Positions 9,466-19,480 of a DNA stretch of 32,000 nucleotides are shown here, in pieces (the first letter of the stretch is position 1; each line of letters begins with the position of its first letter). The notes below the pieces were generated by a model. It saw only the letters and a program-made list of their open reading frames with translations, made no database searches and was not told the origin of the DNA. Source of the DNA: Erysipelotrichaceae bacterium (GTDB lineage: Bacteria; Bacillota_I; Bacilli_A; Erysipelotrichales; Erysipelotrichaceae); assembly GCA_963676105.1 (NCBI GenBank), contig OY781039.1, forward strand, positions 1,440,001 through 1,472,000, given 5' to 3'. Both the position numbers and the translations under genes were made by a program.

Positions 9466-9468
9466 CAA

Positions 9469-10434
9469 TTATTTAACATCCTCATTAAACATTTTATACA
9501 TTTCAGAAACAGGTGTATGCAAATGAATCGCTTGGATAGTACGAGCTAACATATAACCGATAGAGATTTGCTTAATCTTTGGTTCTTTTTTCATGTCATC
9601 TGTTAATGGAATAGAGTTTGTCACAACGACTTCCTTAACATCAGAATTGGCAATTCGACTTAGTGCATCTCCTGAGAAAATACCATGTGAGCAGGCACAG
9701 TAAACTTCTTTAGCTCCTTTTTCATAAAGCATTTTTACGCCACCCATAATGGTGCCGCCAGTATCAATGATGTCATCAACAATAATACAAGTCTTACCAT
9801 CTACATCCCCGATAAGGTTAAGAGCCTCAGCAACATTAGGTTTTGTACGACGCTTATCAATAATCGCAATCGTACTGTTAGGCAATGTATCTGATAAGTT
9901 ACGAGCACGTGTTGCCCCACCATGATCTGGTGATACAACGACAACTTCATTTTCAAATTGTTTAGTTCTAAAATATTGACCCAACATTGAAACAGCTGTT
10001 AAGTCATCCGTAGGGATATCGAAATAGCCTTGAATTTGTGGAGCATGTAGATCTAATGTAACGACTCGATCTGCACCCGCTGTAGTTAATAGGTTTGCCA
10101 TTAACTTAGCTGTAATTGGTTGACGAGCACGTGCTTTACGATCTTGACGAGCATAGCCATAATATGGCATAACAACTGTCACTTTATCCGCTGATGCACG
10201 TTTGCATGCATCTAAAGCAATCAAGACTTCCATGTAACTATTGGTTACAGGACGACAAGTGGATTGAACAAGAAAGACATGTTTTCCACGAACGGATTCT
10301 AATGGTTCAATGATAATTTCATTGTCGGCAAAATGCCTAACCGCAATCTGTCCTCTATCAATGCCAAGTGTGGCACAAATTTCATCAGCTAACTCAATGC
10401 TTGATGATAATGCAAATACAATAATATCCTTCAT
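9469..10434 (-). CDS. prs: Ribose-phosphate pyrophosphokinase (PRPP synthetase)
   Basis: PYYGYARQDRK and IVDDIIDTGGT motifs. AAGGAGAGGG SD upstream. Confidence 0.96.
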   Translation of the reverse strand: MKDIIVFALSSSIELADEICATLGIDRGQIAVRHFADNEIIIEPLESVRGKHVFLVQSTCRPVTNSYMEVLIALDACKRASADKVTVVMPYYGYARQDRKARARQPITAKLMANLLTTAGADRVVTLDLHAPQIQGYFDIPTDDLTAVSMLGQYFRTKQFENEVVVVSPDHGGATRARNLSDTLPNSTIAIIDKRRTKPNVAEALNLIGDVDGKTCIIVDDIIDTGGTIMGGVKMLYEKGAKEVYCACSHGIFSGDALSRIANSDVKEVVVTNSIPLTDDMKKEPKIKQISIGYMLARTIQAIHLHTPVSEMYKMFNEDVK

Positions 10435-10449
10435 CCTGTCCCTCTCCTT

Positions 10450-11814
10450 TTATTTTTTATTCTTCTCTTTGTAACGTAAGCCTAAACCTTCTTTATTGAT
10501 TTGGCGTGATCTTGCGATAGCCATATCTGTTTCTTGAACATCTTCATAAATTGTTGAACCAGCCGCAACCACTGCATTTTTACCAACTTTAATTGGCGCA
10601 ATTAAGTTTGCATTCGAACCAATAAAGGCACCGTCTTCAATAATGGTTTGAAATTTATTCTTACCATCATAGTTGACCGTCACAACCCCACAACCCATAT
10701 TAACTTTTGAACCTACAATACTATCACCTAAGTAGGTTAAGTGTGCACATCTAGAATCATAACCAAACTGTGTTTTCTTCATTTCAACGAAGTTACCAAT
10801 TCGATTCTTATCTGCGATGACACAATGCATTCTTAGATGTGCATAAGGTCCAATATTAACTTCATTACCGACTTCAGAGTCTGTAATTCTTGAGGCATCA
10901 ATATGTACTTTATTTCCAATACTAGAATTAGAAATAAAAGTATTCGGTAATAATGTAACATCATTTCCAATCGTATTGTGATTTTCACAGTAAACATTTG
11001 GATAAATTGTCACATCCGTCCCAATTTTTGTATTTAAAGAGATAAAAGATAGATTAGGATCAACGAAGCTTACCCCTTCTTTCATCCAATCAGTATTAAT
11101 TTTTGTTTGAATCCATTTAGAAGCTTTAGCTAAATCATTGCGATCATTAACACCTTGAACTTCATCGACATCATCAATTTCAACTGCTTGTACTTTTCCA
11201 CCATGACTTAAAATGATTTCAACTAAGTCTGTGAGATAGAATTCTTTTTGCGCATTATCATTTTTGATTTCCTTCATATATTTATGAAGGGCTGAATTTT
11301 TAACACAATAAATACCCGTATTTATTTCATTAACAAGTTTTTCAGTATCATTACAATCTTTATACTCAACAATCGCCTTAACATGACCATAACCATCACG
11401 TACTAATCGACCATATTGTTTTGGATCATCTAATACAGCAGTGTAGATTGTCATGTCGACATCTTTATTATGTTCAAAGATTTTATTCATAGTTGAAGAT
11501 TGAATACATGGCACATCCCCATACAAAATAATGGTATCGCCATCATCATTTAAAATGGGTAGTGCTTGCATCACCGCATGCCCAGTACCCAATTGTTCAC
11601 TTTGTGTCGCATAAGAAACTGTATCTTTTAAACAGTCTTGTACCACTTCAGCTTTATGTCCAACAATCACAATTGTTTGATCCACATCAATGCGATTGAG
11701 GTGTGTTGTAATGTGAACAACCATTGGTTCACTTAGAATCGGATGCATTACTTTTGGTAACTCCGATTTCATTCTGGTACCTTTACCAGCTGCTAGTATA
11801 ATTGCACTTCTCAT
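10450..11814 (-). CDS. glmU: Bifunctional UDP-N-acetylglucosamine pyrophosphorylase / glucosamine-1-phosphate N-acetyltransferase
   Basis: N-terminal LAAGKGTRMKS nucleotidyltransferase motif plus C-terminal hexapeptide-repeat left-handed beta-helix. 454 aa. Confidence 0.96.
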   Translation of the reverse strand: MRSAIILAAGKGTRMKSELPKVMHPILSEPMVVHITTHLNRIDVDQTIVIVGHKAEVVQDCLKDTVSYATQSEQLGTGHAVMQALPILNDDGDTIILYGDVPCIQSSTMNKIFEHNKDVDMTIYTAVLDDPKQYGRLVRDGYGHVKAIVEYKDCNDTEKLVNEINTGIYCVKNSALHKYMKEIKNDNAQKEFYLTDLVEIILSHGGKVQAVEIDDVDEVQGVNDRNDLAKASKWIQTKINTDWMKEGVSFVDPNLSFISLNTKIGTDVTIYPNVYCENHNTIGNDVTLLPNTFISNSSIGNKVHIDASRITDSEVGNEVNIGPYAHLRMHCVIADKNRIGNFVEMKKTQFGYDSRCAHLTYLGDSIVGSKVNMGCGVVTVNYDGKNKFQTIIEDGAFIGSNANLIAPIKVGKNAVVAAGSTIYEDVQETDMAIARSRQINKEGLGLRYKEKNKK

Positions 11815-11832
11815 TTAGTCATTCTCCCATTC

Positions 11833-12696
11833 CTATTTTAACAAACTTTCACTTGCCTCGACCATTAATGATGTCTTTCTGACAAAGCGAACTTTACCTC
11901 TAAAATGCTTCACACACTGATCAATAATTTCTTCGCTTTGACTAAAGCCCATGACCACAGATCCCGAACCACTCATTTGTGTCGCATCACAACCTAGTTC
12001 AATAAGTTCATCTTTAATTGCCTTAATTTGTGGCACCAATTTAATCGCTACATCTTCAAAACTATTTCCTAAATTCTGGGTAAATAATTTATAATCTTCA
12101 TCAACTAACGCTTTTTTAAGTTTATCAATATTGGGATGTTTTAAATTGGGATAATCTAAGCCCGCAAAAGCTTTAACAGTAGATACCCCTTTTTTAGCTT
12201 GAACTAATACCACATGGGTTGTGCTTTTAAAATTAAAGAACTGAAGTTTATCTCCAATCCCTTCTACGAGTGCTGGTTTATTAAAGACACAGAATGGTAC
12301 ATCAGCTCCCACTTCTTTGGCAATTTCTATTTTTTCTTGATCACTTAGTTTCCAACCATAAAGATCAATTAAATAGTTAAAGACAGCTGCCGCATCCGCA
12401 CTACCACCGCCTATGCCGGCTTGTGATGGAATATGTTTGTGTAAGGTGATTGAGAAATGATCGTGGAAATTAAAACGTTCACGACATACTTTAATAATTT
12501 TCAATATCGTATTTTTTTCAGGGTGAATATAAAATTTTGGATAAACCCTAAAACGATCTTCTTTATATGGATGAATCATAATTTGATCATGTAATGTAAT
12601 GGGCACAAAAATCGATTTCAAGTCATGATAACCCATATCATTTTTACCAACAATGTCTAATCCAATATTCACTTTTGCGTAAGCATTTAATTTCAT
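11833..12696 (-). CDS. ispE: 4-diphosphocytidyl-2-C-methyl-D-erythritol kinase
   Basis: GHMP-kinase motif PSQAGIGGGSADAAA. 4-nt overlap with the rsmA stop. Confidence 0.92.
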   Translation of the reverse strand: MKLNAYAKVNIGLDIVGKNDMGYHDLKSIFVPITLHDQIMIHPYKEDRFRVYPKFYIHPEKNTILKIIKVCRERFNFHDHFSITLHKHIPSQAGIGGGSADAAAVFNYLIDLYGWKLSDQEKIEIAKEVGADVPFCVFNKPALVEGIGDKLQFFNFKSTTHVVLVQAKKGVSTVKAFAGLDYPNLKHPNIDKLKKALVDEDYKLFTQNLGNSFEDVAIKLVPQIKAIKDELIELGCDATQMSGSGSVVMGFSQSEEIIDQCVKHFRGKVRFVRKTSLMVEASESLLK

Positions 12697-13502
12697 GCGT
12701 TCACCCTTTTATATAAGTCTTCAAATTGTTCTTTTGATAATGCTTCAGCGCGAATGCTTTCTGATAAATTCATGTCTACTAATATTTCTTTTAGATTTGA
12801 AACATCTCGAAGGTTATTCACTAAAGTTTTACGTCTTTGTGTAAAAGCTTTTTTCACAAAAGAAAAGTAAGATGAAAGATCTTGTGAACTCACATTTTCT
12901 TTACGTCTAAGTTGTACTACAGCAGAATCAACATTTGGTTTAGGCATAAAGACATTCGCATTGACTTTTAAAACCGTCTTCACATCACATAAGGTATTTA
13001 GAATAATACTTAAGGCATTGTAGTCTTTCGTACCCACTTGCGCACTTAAACGATCTGCCACTTCTTTTTGAACCATAATGGTGATTACTTTGATTTGATC
13101 TAAGTTTTCTAAGATATGAAAAAGTATAGGTGTCGTAATGTAGTATGGTAGATTACCCACACAATGACTGGCGGTAAAATCATCATTTGTCACAGTTAGA
13201 AAATCTTGATTAATGACTTTTACATTTGAATCAACAAAAAAGTTATTGAGATGGTCAATCCAATCTTTATCGATTTCATAGGCTGTAACTGAATTCGCTA
13301 AAAAAGATAGTTGTTCTGTTAATGCCCCTAAACCAGGACCCACTTCTATCACATCTTTCTCTTTCACATCAGCCACTTCAGCAATCTTCTTAACAACCGA
13401 TGGGTCAATGATAAAGTTTTGACCAAATTTCTTTTTAGCTTTTTGATTATTCTCACGCAAAATACGAATTGTTTCTGCATGGGCACTTATCGGTTTCTTC
13501 AT
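12693..13502 (-). CDS. rsmA: 16S rRNA (adenine1518/1519-N6)-dimethyltransferase
   Basis: FGQNFI, SAM loop VIEVGPGLGALT and GNLPYYITTPI. Start set at MKKPIS (13502), giving an ATGA overlap with the rnmV stop. The track start at 13541 lies inside rnmV. Confidence 0.93.
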   Translation of the reverse strand: MKKPISAHAETIRILRENNQKAKKKFGQNFIIDPSVVKKIAEVADVKEKDVIEVGPGLGALTEQLSFLANSVTAYEIDKDWIDHLNNFFVDSNVKVINQDFLTVTNDDFTASHCVGNLPYYITTPILFHILENLDQIKVITIMVQKEVADRLSAQVGTKDYNALSIILNTLCDVKTVLKVNANVFMPKPNVDSAVVQLRRKENVSSQDLSSYFSFVKKAFTQRRKTLVNNLRDVSNLKEILVDMNLSESIRAEALSKEQFEDLYKRVNA

Positions 13503-14014
13503 TGCGTTAGATCTTTCTTTGAGATGCCAAAATGATGACATTGTTTTAAAAACTGTTTAGCATTACCTTCACTCATCTTCAACTTTCGCGCAAGCTCATT
13601 ACGTTTAATGGATGCTTCAGCATTTCCCGCTAAATTGAGTTCAACTAAATCCTTCATTTCTACATCGCTTTGTACATCGCTGAGTTCAATGACATTCTTT
13701 AAAGCTTCTAAGATAACTTCTTTAGAGGCATGTTCAATTCCAACTTTACGTTTATGTCGAGCATCCTTTTGCGCTAAGAAAGCCTGTTTCGCATCAGGTA
13801 TTTCATCTAGGATTCTTTGGCGTAGACGTTTGCCTGGATTATCAGGATCACTAAATATAATAATCCCATTCTTTTCATTTAATTCTTTTAAAAGACTGAG
13901 TGTTTCTTTTCTTAAGTGAGAACCATTAGTAACCACAATATGAGCATCTACAATCTCTTTTAAACGTGCTTCATCATGGCGACCTTCCACCACAATGCTT
14001 TCTTTAATTTTCAT
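13499..14014 (-). CDS. rnmV: Ribonuclease M5 (5S rRNA maturase, TOPRIM)
   Basis: IVVEGRHDEARLKE and FSDPDNPGKRLR TOPRIM motifs. Start set at MKIKE (14014), matching the family N-terminus. The ATG at 14023 is an alternative. Confidence 0.9.
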   Translation of the reverse strand: MKIKESIVVEGRHDEARLKEIVDAHIVVTNGSHLRKETLSLLKELNEKNGIIIFSDPDNPGKRLRQRILDEIPDAKQAFLAQKDARHKRKVGIEHASKEVILEALKNVIELSDVQSDVEMKDLVELNLAGNAEASIKRNELARKLKMSEGNAKQFLKQCHHFGISKKDLTQ

Positions 14015-14021
14015 CGTGTTC

Positions 14022-14030
14022 ATTATAACA
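14022..14030 (-). promoter_or_regulatory. Extended -10 box TGtTATAAT, 7 nt before the rnmV ATG at 14014
   Basis: Minus strand: tagggttgtTTTTGtTATAATgaacacgATG. No SD. Confidence 0.4.
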
Positions 14031-14055
14031 AAAACAACCCTATTTCTAGGATTGT
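14028..14055 (-). terminator. Intrinsic terminator after the 3D-domain lipoprotein gene
   Basis: Minus-strand RNA: ACAAUCCUA-GAAA-UAGGGUUGU (9 bp, one G.U pair) followed by UUUUGUU. Confidence 0.7.
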
Positions 14056-14063
14056 CTTTTAAC

Positions 14064-14915
14064 TTATTGACAGACTCTTTGGCCGTAACTGTTGGTTGTC
14101 CAATCTAGGAAATCAACAATCGTTACTTTTAAGCCATTTGTCATACCACGATCAATAACACTTAAGTTCTTTTCTGAACCAGCATATAAATCTAAGTGTG
14201 TCGTATTTATGGCACCACCACGATCTAAAACAATCGCTTGAAATGGCACACCAGGTACTAAACCATACCCACTCATATTTCTATTCTGGATTTCCAAAAC
14301 TGTACAGTAAGGGAACGCCTTATCTGCCGCTACAATATAATAACCTTCATAAGTTAGGTTATCTGTGTAGATACCACTCGCTTGTCTAACCGATGTGCTT
14401 TTAACTTTAATGCCTGATGATGTTGTTGCGGCACCATCTAAACCGATATTACATCCCACACAGTCATAACCATAACGGGTAATAACTGATGTATAGAAGT
14501 AAGCTCCAATTTCAACCTTCGCACCATATTGATAAACAGTTGGTGTGGCAGGTGTTTCTATATCCGATCCTGGAACTTGTTCAGTAGATAGTAGTTCACC
14601 CTTTACATCGTAAGTTGAACGAATCGTTGTGGTAATACTTGCAGGTGATCCTGTCGATACTTTTGAGATCAACCAAGAGTATCCAGTACGTGTACTATCT
14701 GTTTGTTTTAATACGGTTTTTACAGGAGCCGTATCATAAACTGTCTGTAATTCTTCAGAAAAAGTATATGGACTAATTTGTGTATTATTCTCTAATAATG
14801 TGGTGTCTTGCGCTTGCAAAAGGACAATTTCTTGAGTCTCTTCAGGCGCTGAGCAGGCTGTAAAAGATAACATTAAGCTGCATAATAGTAGTTTTTTGAT
14901 GCGTTTCACAGTCAT
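14064..14915 (-). CDS. 3D-domain (MltA-like double-psi beta-barrel) lipoprotein, YabE/Sps-like
   Basis: Signal peptide with lipobox (LMLSFTAC). C-terminal 3D-domain pattern AADKAFPYCTVLEI...VLDRGGAI...HLDLY. GGGAGGA abuts the ATG at 14915, so the GTG at 14909 (6-nt spacing, giving MKRIKKLLL) may be the true start. Confidence 0.85.
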   Translation of the reverse strand: MTVKRIKKLLLCSLMLSFTACSAPEETQEIVLLQAQDTTLLENNTQISPYTFSEELQTVYDTAPVKTVLKQTDSTRTGYSWLISKVSTGSPASITTTIRSTYDVKGELLSTEQVPGSDIETPATPTVYQYGAKVEIGAYFYTSVITRYGYDCVGCNIGLDGAATTSSGIKVKSTSVRQASGIYTDNLTYEGYYIVAADKAFPYCTVLEIQNRNMSGYGLVPGVPFQAIVLDRGGAINTTHLDLYAGSEKNLSVIDRGMTNGLKVTIVDFLDWTTNSYGQRVCQ

Positions 14916-14944
14916 TCCTCCCTATTTTTGTCTAAGACTAAGGG

Positions 14945-14973
14945 ATAATAGCACAGTCCTTTTCATTTGTAAA
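14945..14973 (-). promoter_or_regulatory. Sigma-A-like promoter for the 3D-domain lipoprotein gene
   Basis: Minus strand: TTTACA (14968-14973), 17 nt, TGcTATTAT (-10 at 14945-14950). Confidence 0.5.
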
Positions 14974-14984
14974 CCTTTTTAAAT

Positions 14985-15761
14985 TTACACCGATAAGTTG
15001 AATAATCGATTGAAATTAGTATAAAGCGCTTTCTTTAAATCCTCTAAAGGAATCTCTCTTAAAGAAGCTATTACAGCTGCAGTCTCAATCACATAGCTAC
15101 TTTCATTGCGTTTACCACGATGTGGCGTAGGACTTAAATAGGGTGCATCTGTCTCAATATGAAGATGATTAATGTCGATATGTTTAGCCACTTCTTTAGG
15201 CGTATGTGCATTCTTAAATGTCACAGGTCCCGCTAAAGAAATATCATAACCAAGCTTAATAAACTCATTTGCCATCTCTAAAGATCCCGAATAACAATGT
15301 AATATGCCTGAGGCTTTTGCCTTATGTTCTTTCATAATGCGATAGGTCACTTCAGTCGCATCACGCATATGAACCAAGATTGGTTTGTTAAGCTTGTTAG
15401 CTATTTCTATTTGTTTAATAAAGAGTTCTTCCTGTCTTTGATGAACATCCTTATCTTTAACCCAATAATGATCTAGTCCAATTTCACCAATCGCAATGAC
15501 TTCTTCTTTTTCCATCATCTCTAACATGATTGACCAATCTGCATCTTCTATTTCATCTACTTCTTCTGGATGAAAACCAACCGCTACTTTAAAAATGGGA
15601 TCAGTGCTTGCCAAAGCTAAAGCTTCTTGTCCACCTTTAATGCCAACACCCACTAAAAGAATCGTTTCTACACCGACATCTTTTGCCCTAGAAATGACTT
15701 CTTTTATATCTTCATTAAATTCTTCAGATGCGAGGTGCGCATGTGTATCTATCCAAAACAT
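14985..15761 (-). CDS. tatD: TatD-family metal-dependent hydrolase/DNase
   Basis: WIDTHAHL, GEIGLDHY and ETDAPYL motifs. The ATG shares 1 nt with the mnmE stop (TAATG at 15759-15763). Confidence 0.93.
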   Translation of the reverse strand: MFWIDTHAHLASEEFNEDIKEVISRAKDVGVETILLVGVGIKGGQEALALASTDPIFKVAVGFHPEEVDEIEDADWSIMLEMMEKEEVIAIGEIGLDHYWVKDKDVHQRQEELFIKQIEIANKLNKPILVHMRDATEVTYRIMKEHKAKASGILHCYSGSLEMANEFIKLGYDISLAGPVTFKNAHTPKEVAKHIDINHLHIETDAPYLSPTPHRGKRNESSYVIETAAVIASLREIPLEDLKKALYTNFNRLFNLSV

Positions 15762-17083
15762 TATTTACCTAAACAGAATCGTCTAAACAATTCATCTCCT
15801 AAATTAAAATCTTCTGCCCCCATCATGGCTTGTAAAGATGTATGGGCATCCTTTATATCAATTAAAGCTAAGTCCACTTCCATTCCACTATTTAAAGAAA
15901 GTTCAGCTTGTTTCATGGCTTCAAAGGCAGCTTGTGCTAAACCAATGGATCGTGCTTGAGATAAGACAGGACGATCAAAAACAAACTGATCTTTCTCAAA
16001 GCGTTTTTCAATTTGTTCAACTAATGCCTGTATATCCTTATGTAAGGCTGAAATCTCTAAACGGTTTGATTGTGTATTCAAATCTTTTTTGGTATGAACT
16101 AACAGAACTTTATCTTGATCTAGGGATTCCAAGAGTTCTGCATCACTTGAACTCATCTCTTTTGAACCATCTACTAAGAATAGGATAAGATCTGCTTTTT
16201 CAATATGATCAAAAGTCTTCTTTATCCCAATCTTTTCAACCGTATCATCACTTTGACGAATCCCAGCGGTATCTAAAAGTTGAAGGGTTACATTTTCTAA
16301 ATGTAGGGTTCCTTCAACCACATCACGTGTTGTCCCAGGAATATCAGTCACAATGGCTTTATCTTCTTCAAGGAGTGCATTTAATAAGGAGGATTTACCT
16401 ACATTAGGTTGACCAATAATAACAGTCTTAACCCCTTCTTTCATGCGCTGACCACTTCTTGATTCAATTAAGAGTTTTTCTAGTTTAGTAATTAAGCTAT
16501 TAACTTGTTTTAATAGTTCTTGGCGTGTGATTTGTGGAATGTCATATTCAGGATAATCAATATTCACTTCTATTTGTGCGATTAGTTGAATAAGTTCTTC
16601 CACTAAAGGCTCAATTAAAATTTTGACACTCCCTTTAAGACTTGCCATCGCGAGTTGAGCAGATTGTTTAGAATCAGCAGTAACCATATCATTAACGGCT
16701 TGTGCTTGGGAGATATCAATACGTCCATTCATCACAGCGCGTTGAGTAAACTCACCACTTAAAGCTAAGCGTGCACCCATCGATAAAACTGTTGCGAGTA
16801 AACGTTCAGTCACAAAGACACCACCATGACATTGGATTTCAACCACATCTTCACGCGTATACGTCTTAGGTGCTTTCATGACTAAAATAAGTCCTTCATC
16901 AAGCACTTCGTTTGTATGTGGATCATAGATATGTGAATAAGTGATTCTATGATCTGCATCACTTAAATCTTTATGACATAGTTTTTCGGCTATCTCGACT
17001 GAAGCATCGCCAGAAAGTCTTAGGATACTAACAGCTTGTGGACGCAAAGCAGTCGATAGCGCAACAATCGTATCCTCTAACAT
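15761..17083 (-). CDS. mnmE: tRNA uridine-5-carboxymethylaminomethyl modification GTPase
   Basis: G-domain GQPNVGKSSLLN / DTAGIR / HTKKD and C-terminal FCLGK. Start set at MLEDTIVALST (17083), 1 nt after the parB stop. The track start at 17101 adds MPWKTK inside parB. Confidence 0.94.
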   Translation of the reverse strand: MLEDTIVALSTALRPQAVSILRLSGDASVEIAEKLCHKDLSDADHRITYSHIYDPHTNEVLDEGLILVMKAPKTYTREDVVEIQCHGGVFVTERLLATVLSMGARLALSGEFTQRAVMNGRIDISQAQAVNDMVTADSKQSAQLAMASLKGSVKILIEPLVEELIQLIAQIEVNIDYPEYDIPQITRQELLKQVNSLITKLEKLLIESRSGQRMKEGVKTVIIGQPNVGKSSLLNALLEEDKAIVTDIPGTTRDVVEGTLHLENVTLQLLDTAGIRQSDDTVEKIGIKKTFDHIEKADLILFLVDGSKEMSSSDAELLESLDQDKVLLVHTKKDLNTQSNRLEISALHKDIQALVEQIEKRFEKDQFVFDRPVLSQARSIGLAQAAFEAMKQAELSLNSGMEVDLALIDIKDAHTSLQAMMGAEDFNLGDELFRRFCLGK

Positions 17084-17084
17084 T

Positions 17085-17930
17085 TTAGTCTTCCAAGGCA
17101 TCCATAATTTCTAGGATGCGGTTTAAATCTTCTTCATCTTCAAAATGAATGTTTATCGAATGATCACTGACATGAATCTTAGTTTGGTATTTACCACGTA
17201 ATAGAGATTCTACATAACGATAGTCAGTCGCATCTTCTTTTACAGGTTTATCTTTCTTAGGCTTCATGAGTTTCTCAACTTCACGAGCACTCAATTTTTT
17301 TGAGACAATCTCTTTCGCTAGCTTTTCAACTTGAGCTTTATCTTCAATATTAACTAATGGTCTGACTTGACCCATTGTTAGACTTTGATTAAGTAATAAG
17401 TCTTGAACAGATTCTGGTAAATTTAATAAACGAAGAAGATTGGTAATATGAGGTCTAGACTTACCGACCTTTTGAGCTAATTGTTCTTGGGTTAAGCCTA
17501 ACTTTTCAATAAGGATTTGATAACCCTTAGCTTCTTCAATAACGGATAGATCTTCACGTTGAATATTTTCAATGAGGGATATTTCCATCATTTGTTGATC
17601 ATCAAATTCTAAAGCAATCGCAGGAATCGTTTCTAAACCTGCTTTTTTAGATGCTCTAAAGCGTCTTTCACCCGCAATCAATTGATAACCTGAAACGGAT
17701 TTACGCACTAAAATTGGTGTAAAGACACCATGCTCTTTAATGCTTTGCGCAAGTTCATCAATCTTAACTTCGTCAAACACAACACGTGGTTGATAAGGGT
17801 TTGGATGAATTTCAGAGAGTTTGATTTCAGAAGCTAATGAACGATCTTGTTGAAGATCTTCTAAGACATCATTAACATTTTCACCAAACAAAGCCTCTAA
17901 GCCTTTGCCTAATCTTTTATTGTCACTCAT
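17085..17930 (-). CDS. parB: Chromosome partitioning protein ParB/Spo0J
   Basis: N-terminal [11 protein letters not shown], then [16 protein letters not shown] and an HTH ([17 protein letters not shown]). ATGA overlap with parA. Confidence 0.93.
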   Translation of the reverse strand: MSDNKRLGKGLEALFGENVNDVLEDLQQDRSLASEIKLSEIHPNPYQPRVVFDEVKIDELAQSIKEHGVFTPILVRKSVSGYQLIAGERRFRASKKAGLETIPAIALEFDDQQMMEISLIENIQREDLSVIEEAKGYQILIEKLGLTQEQLAQKVGKSRPHITNLLRLLNLPESVQDLLLNQSLTMGQVRPLVNIEDKAQVEKLAKEIVSKKLSAREVEKLMKPKKDKPVKEDATDYRYVESLLRGKYQTKIHVSDHSINIHFEDEEDLNRILEIMDALED

Positions 17931-18706
17931 GAAGATCCTTTCTCATTCGCTTTAATGACTTCTTTTGCCATAGCCGCATAAGCTTTTGCGCCTTCTGAGC
18001 GAACGTCATATTCAAATATACTTAAGCCACGAGATGGGGCTTCAGAGAGTTTAATATTACGAGGAATATAGGTTTTATAAACACGTTCTTTAAAGTATTT
18101 ACGTACTTCTTGTTGAACTTCAACAGAGAGTTTCGTACGGGCATCGAACATGGTAAGAAGGATCCCTTCAATACGTAAGTCCTTATTAAATAGTTTTTGA
18201 ACTAAACGAATGGTACTTAAGAGTTGTGTTAAACCTTCTAAGGCATAATATTCACATTGAACAGGAATGATCACTGAATCAGCTGCCGTTAGTGCATTGG
18301 TATTTAATAAACCAAGTGAAGGTGGACAATCAATTAAGACATAATCATATTTGTCTTTAACTTCATCAATTTTATTTTTAAGTAAGTTTTCTCGTCCTAC
18401 TTTATATTCAACCATTTCAAGGTCAGCTCCAGCTAAATCAATGGTTGCGGGAATAAGCGATACCGGTGGACGTTTGATTTGCATCGTTGTCGCATCTGCA
18501 TCATGTCCATTCATGACTAAATCATAAACTGTTGTCTTAATCGACTCACGTGATGCGCCAACCCCTTGTGTTGTATTTCCTTGTGGGTCAAAGTCAACTA
18601 AAAGAACCTTCTTATTCAAATAGGCTAAGCCAGCGGCTAGATTGATACTGGTGGTTGTTTTCCCGACACCACCTTTTTGATTTGTTATTGCGATTACTTT
18701 TCCCAT
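17927..18706 (-). CDS. parA: Chromosome partitioning ATPase ParA/Soj
   Basis: Deviant Walker [12 protein letters not shown]. ParA-family length and motifs. Confidence 0.95.
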   Translation of the reverse strand: MGKVIAITNQKGGVGKTTTSINLAAGLAYLNKKVLLVDFDPQGNTTQGVGASRESIKTTVYDLVMNGHDADATTMQIKRPPVSLIPATIDLAGADLEMVEYKVGRENLLKNKIDEVKDKYDYVLIDCPPSLGLLNTNALTAADSVIIPVQCEYYALEGLTQLLSTIRLVQKLFNKDLRIEGILLTMFDARTKLSVEVQQEVRKYFKERVYKTYIPRNIKLSEAPSRGLSIFEYDVRSEGAKAYAAMAKEVIKANEKGSS

Positions 18707-18707
18707 A

Positions 18708-19472
18708 TTATTTTATAAACCGAACTTTAATTTCATAAGCTTCATCATTTTGTTCTTGAACAACTTCTATTTTAACACCTGTTTTTTCAATCATCTTAAT
18801 CGATGCCAATAAGGTGTTAATCGCAACTTGGACTGAACGTGTTATGCCACGTATACCATGTTTGCGTTTTTTCTCAACTGGTTTTACCACATGTTCAACT
18901 AAAGCCTCTGTTTGTCTCACATTTAAGTTTTGTTGTTGAATCTTGTTGAAGACGTCAATTTGATCTTCTTCTTTTAAACCAAGTAGTGCTCTTGCATGTC
19001 TTTCTGAAATCACTTTTTCAGTGACCGCATATTGAATATCTTCAGGTAGATTTAATAAACGAATTTTGTTTGCGATGGATGATTGTGATTTCCCTACACG
19101 TTTCGCAATCGCATCTTGTGTAAGCGCATGTGACTTAATCATCGCATGATAAGCCTTAGCTTCTTCAATCGCTGATAAATCTTCACGTTGAATATTTTCA
19201 ACCAAAGCCATTTCCGCGAGTTGTGCATCATCAACTTCTAAGACGAAAGCAGGAATAGAATGATATTGAAGTTTAGTGACTGCACGATATCGTCTTTCAC
19301 CCGCAATGATTTCAAAACGTGGACCATTACGTCTAACCGATATTGGTTGAATCAGTCCATTGCCTCTAATCGATTCAGCGAGTTCATCAATCGCATCTTC
19401 ATTAAATGTAAGTCGTGGTTGAAAACGATTTGAATCAATCAGACTTAGTAGTATATCTTGTGTTTCTTGCAT
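18708..19472 (-). CDS. noc: Nucleoid occlusion protein Noc (ParB paralogue)
   Basis: ParB boxes GERRYRA and ENIQREDLS, plus Noc-like ISERHARAL and [10 protein letters not shown]. Sits between rsmG and parA, as in Bacillus. Confidence 0.82.
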   Translation of the reverse strand: MQETQDILLSLIDSNRFQPRLTFNEDAIDELAESIRGNGLIQPISVRRNGPRFEIIAGERRYRAVTKLQYHSIPAFVLEVDDAQLAEMALVENIQREDLSAIEEAKAYHAMIKSHALTQDAIAKRVGKSQSSIANKIRLLNLPEDIQYAVTEKVISERHARALLGLKEEDQIDVFNKIQQQNLNVRQTEALVEHVVKPVEKKRKHGIRGITRSVQVAINTLLASIKMIEKTGVKIEVVQEQNDEAYEIKVRFIK

Positions 19473-19480
19473 AAACTCTC

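Noticed and set aside
14916-14984. Searched for a c-di-AMP (ydaO-type) riboswitch upstream of the 3D-domain cell-wall protein gene. Also searched for T-box, purine or glmS-type leaders upstream of metG, xpt, purB and glmU.
   Set aside because: The available leaders (69, 53, 43 and 18 nt) are too short for these aptamers. The metG leader lies outside the window, with only 16 nt visible.
17525-19201. Near-identical nucleotide stretches shared by parB and noc. The 16-mer CCTTAGCTTCTTCAAT occurs at 17525-17540 and 19154-19169. The 23-mer ATCTTCACGTTGAATATTTTCAA occurs at 17550-17572 and 19179-19201. The embedded TTCACGTTGAA looks parS-like.
   Set aside because: The stretches encode the universally conserved ParB box ([14 protein letters not shown]). 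Strong AT-biased codon choice makes identical codons plausible without gene conversion. TTCACGTTGAA has the wrong central spacing for parS (TGTTTCACGTGAAACA). I found no acceptable parS match by eye elsewhere in the window; the CACGTG sites at about 5466, 9906, 10134, 16334, 17784 and 19513 all fail in the flanks.
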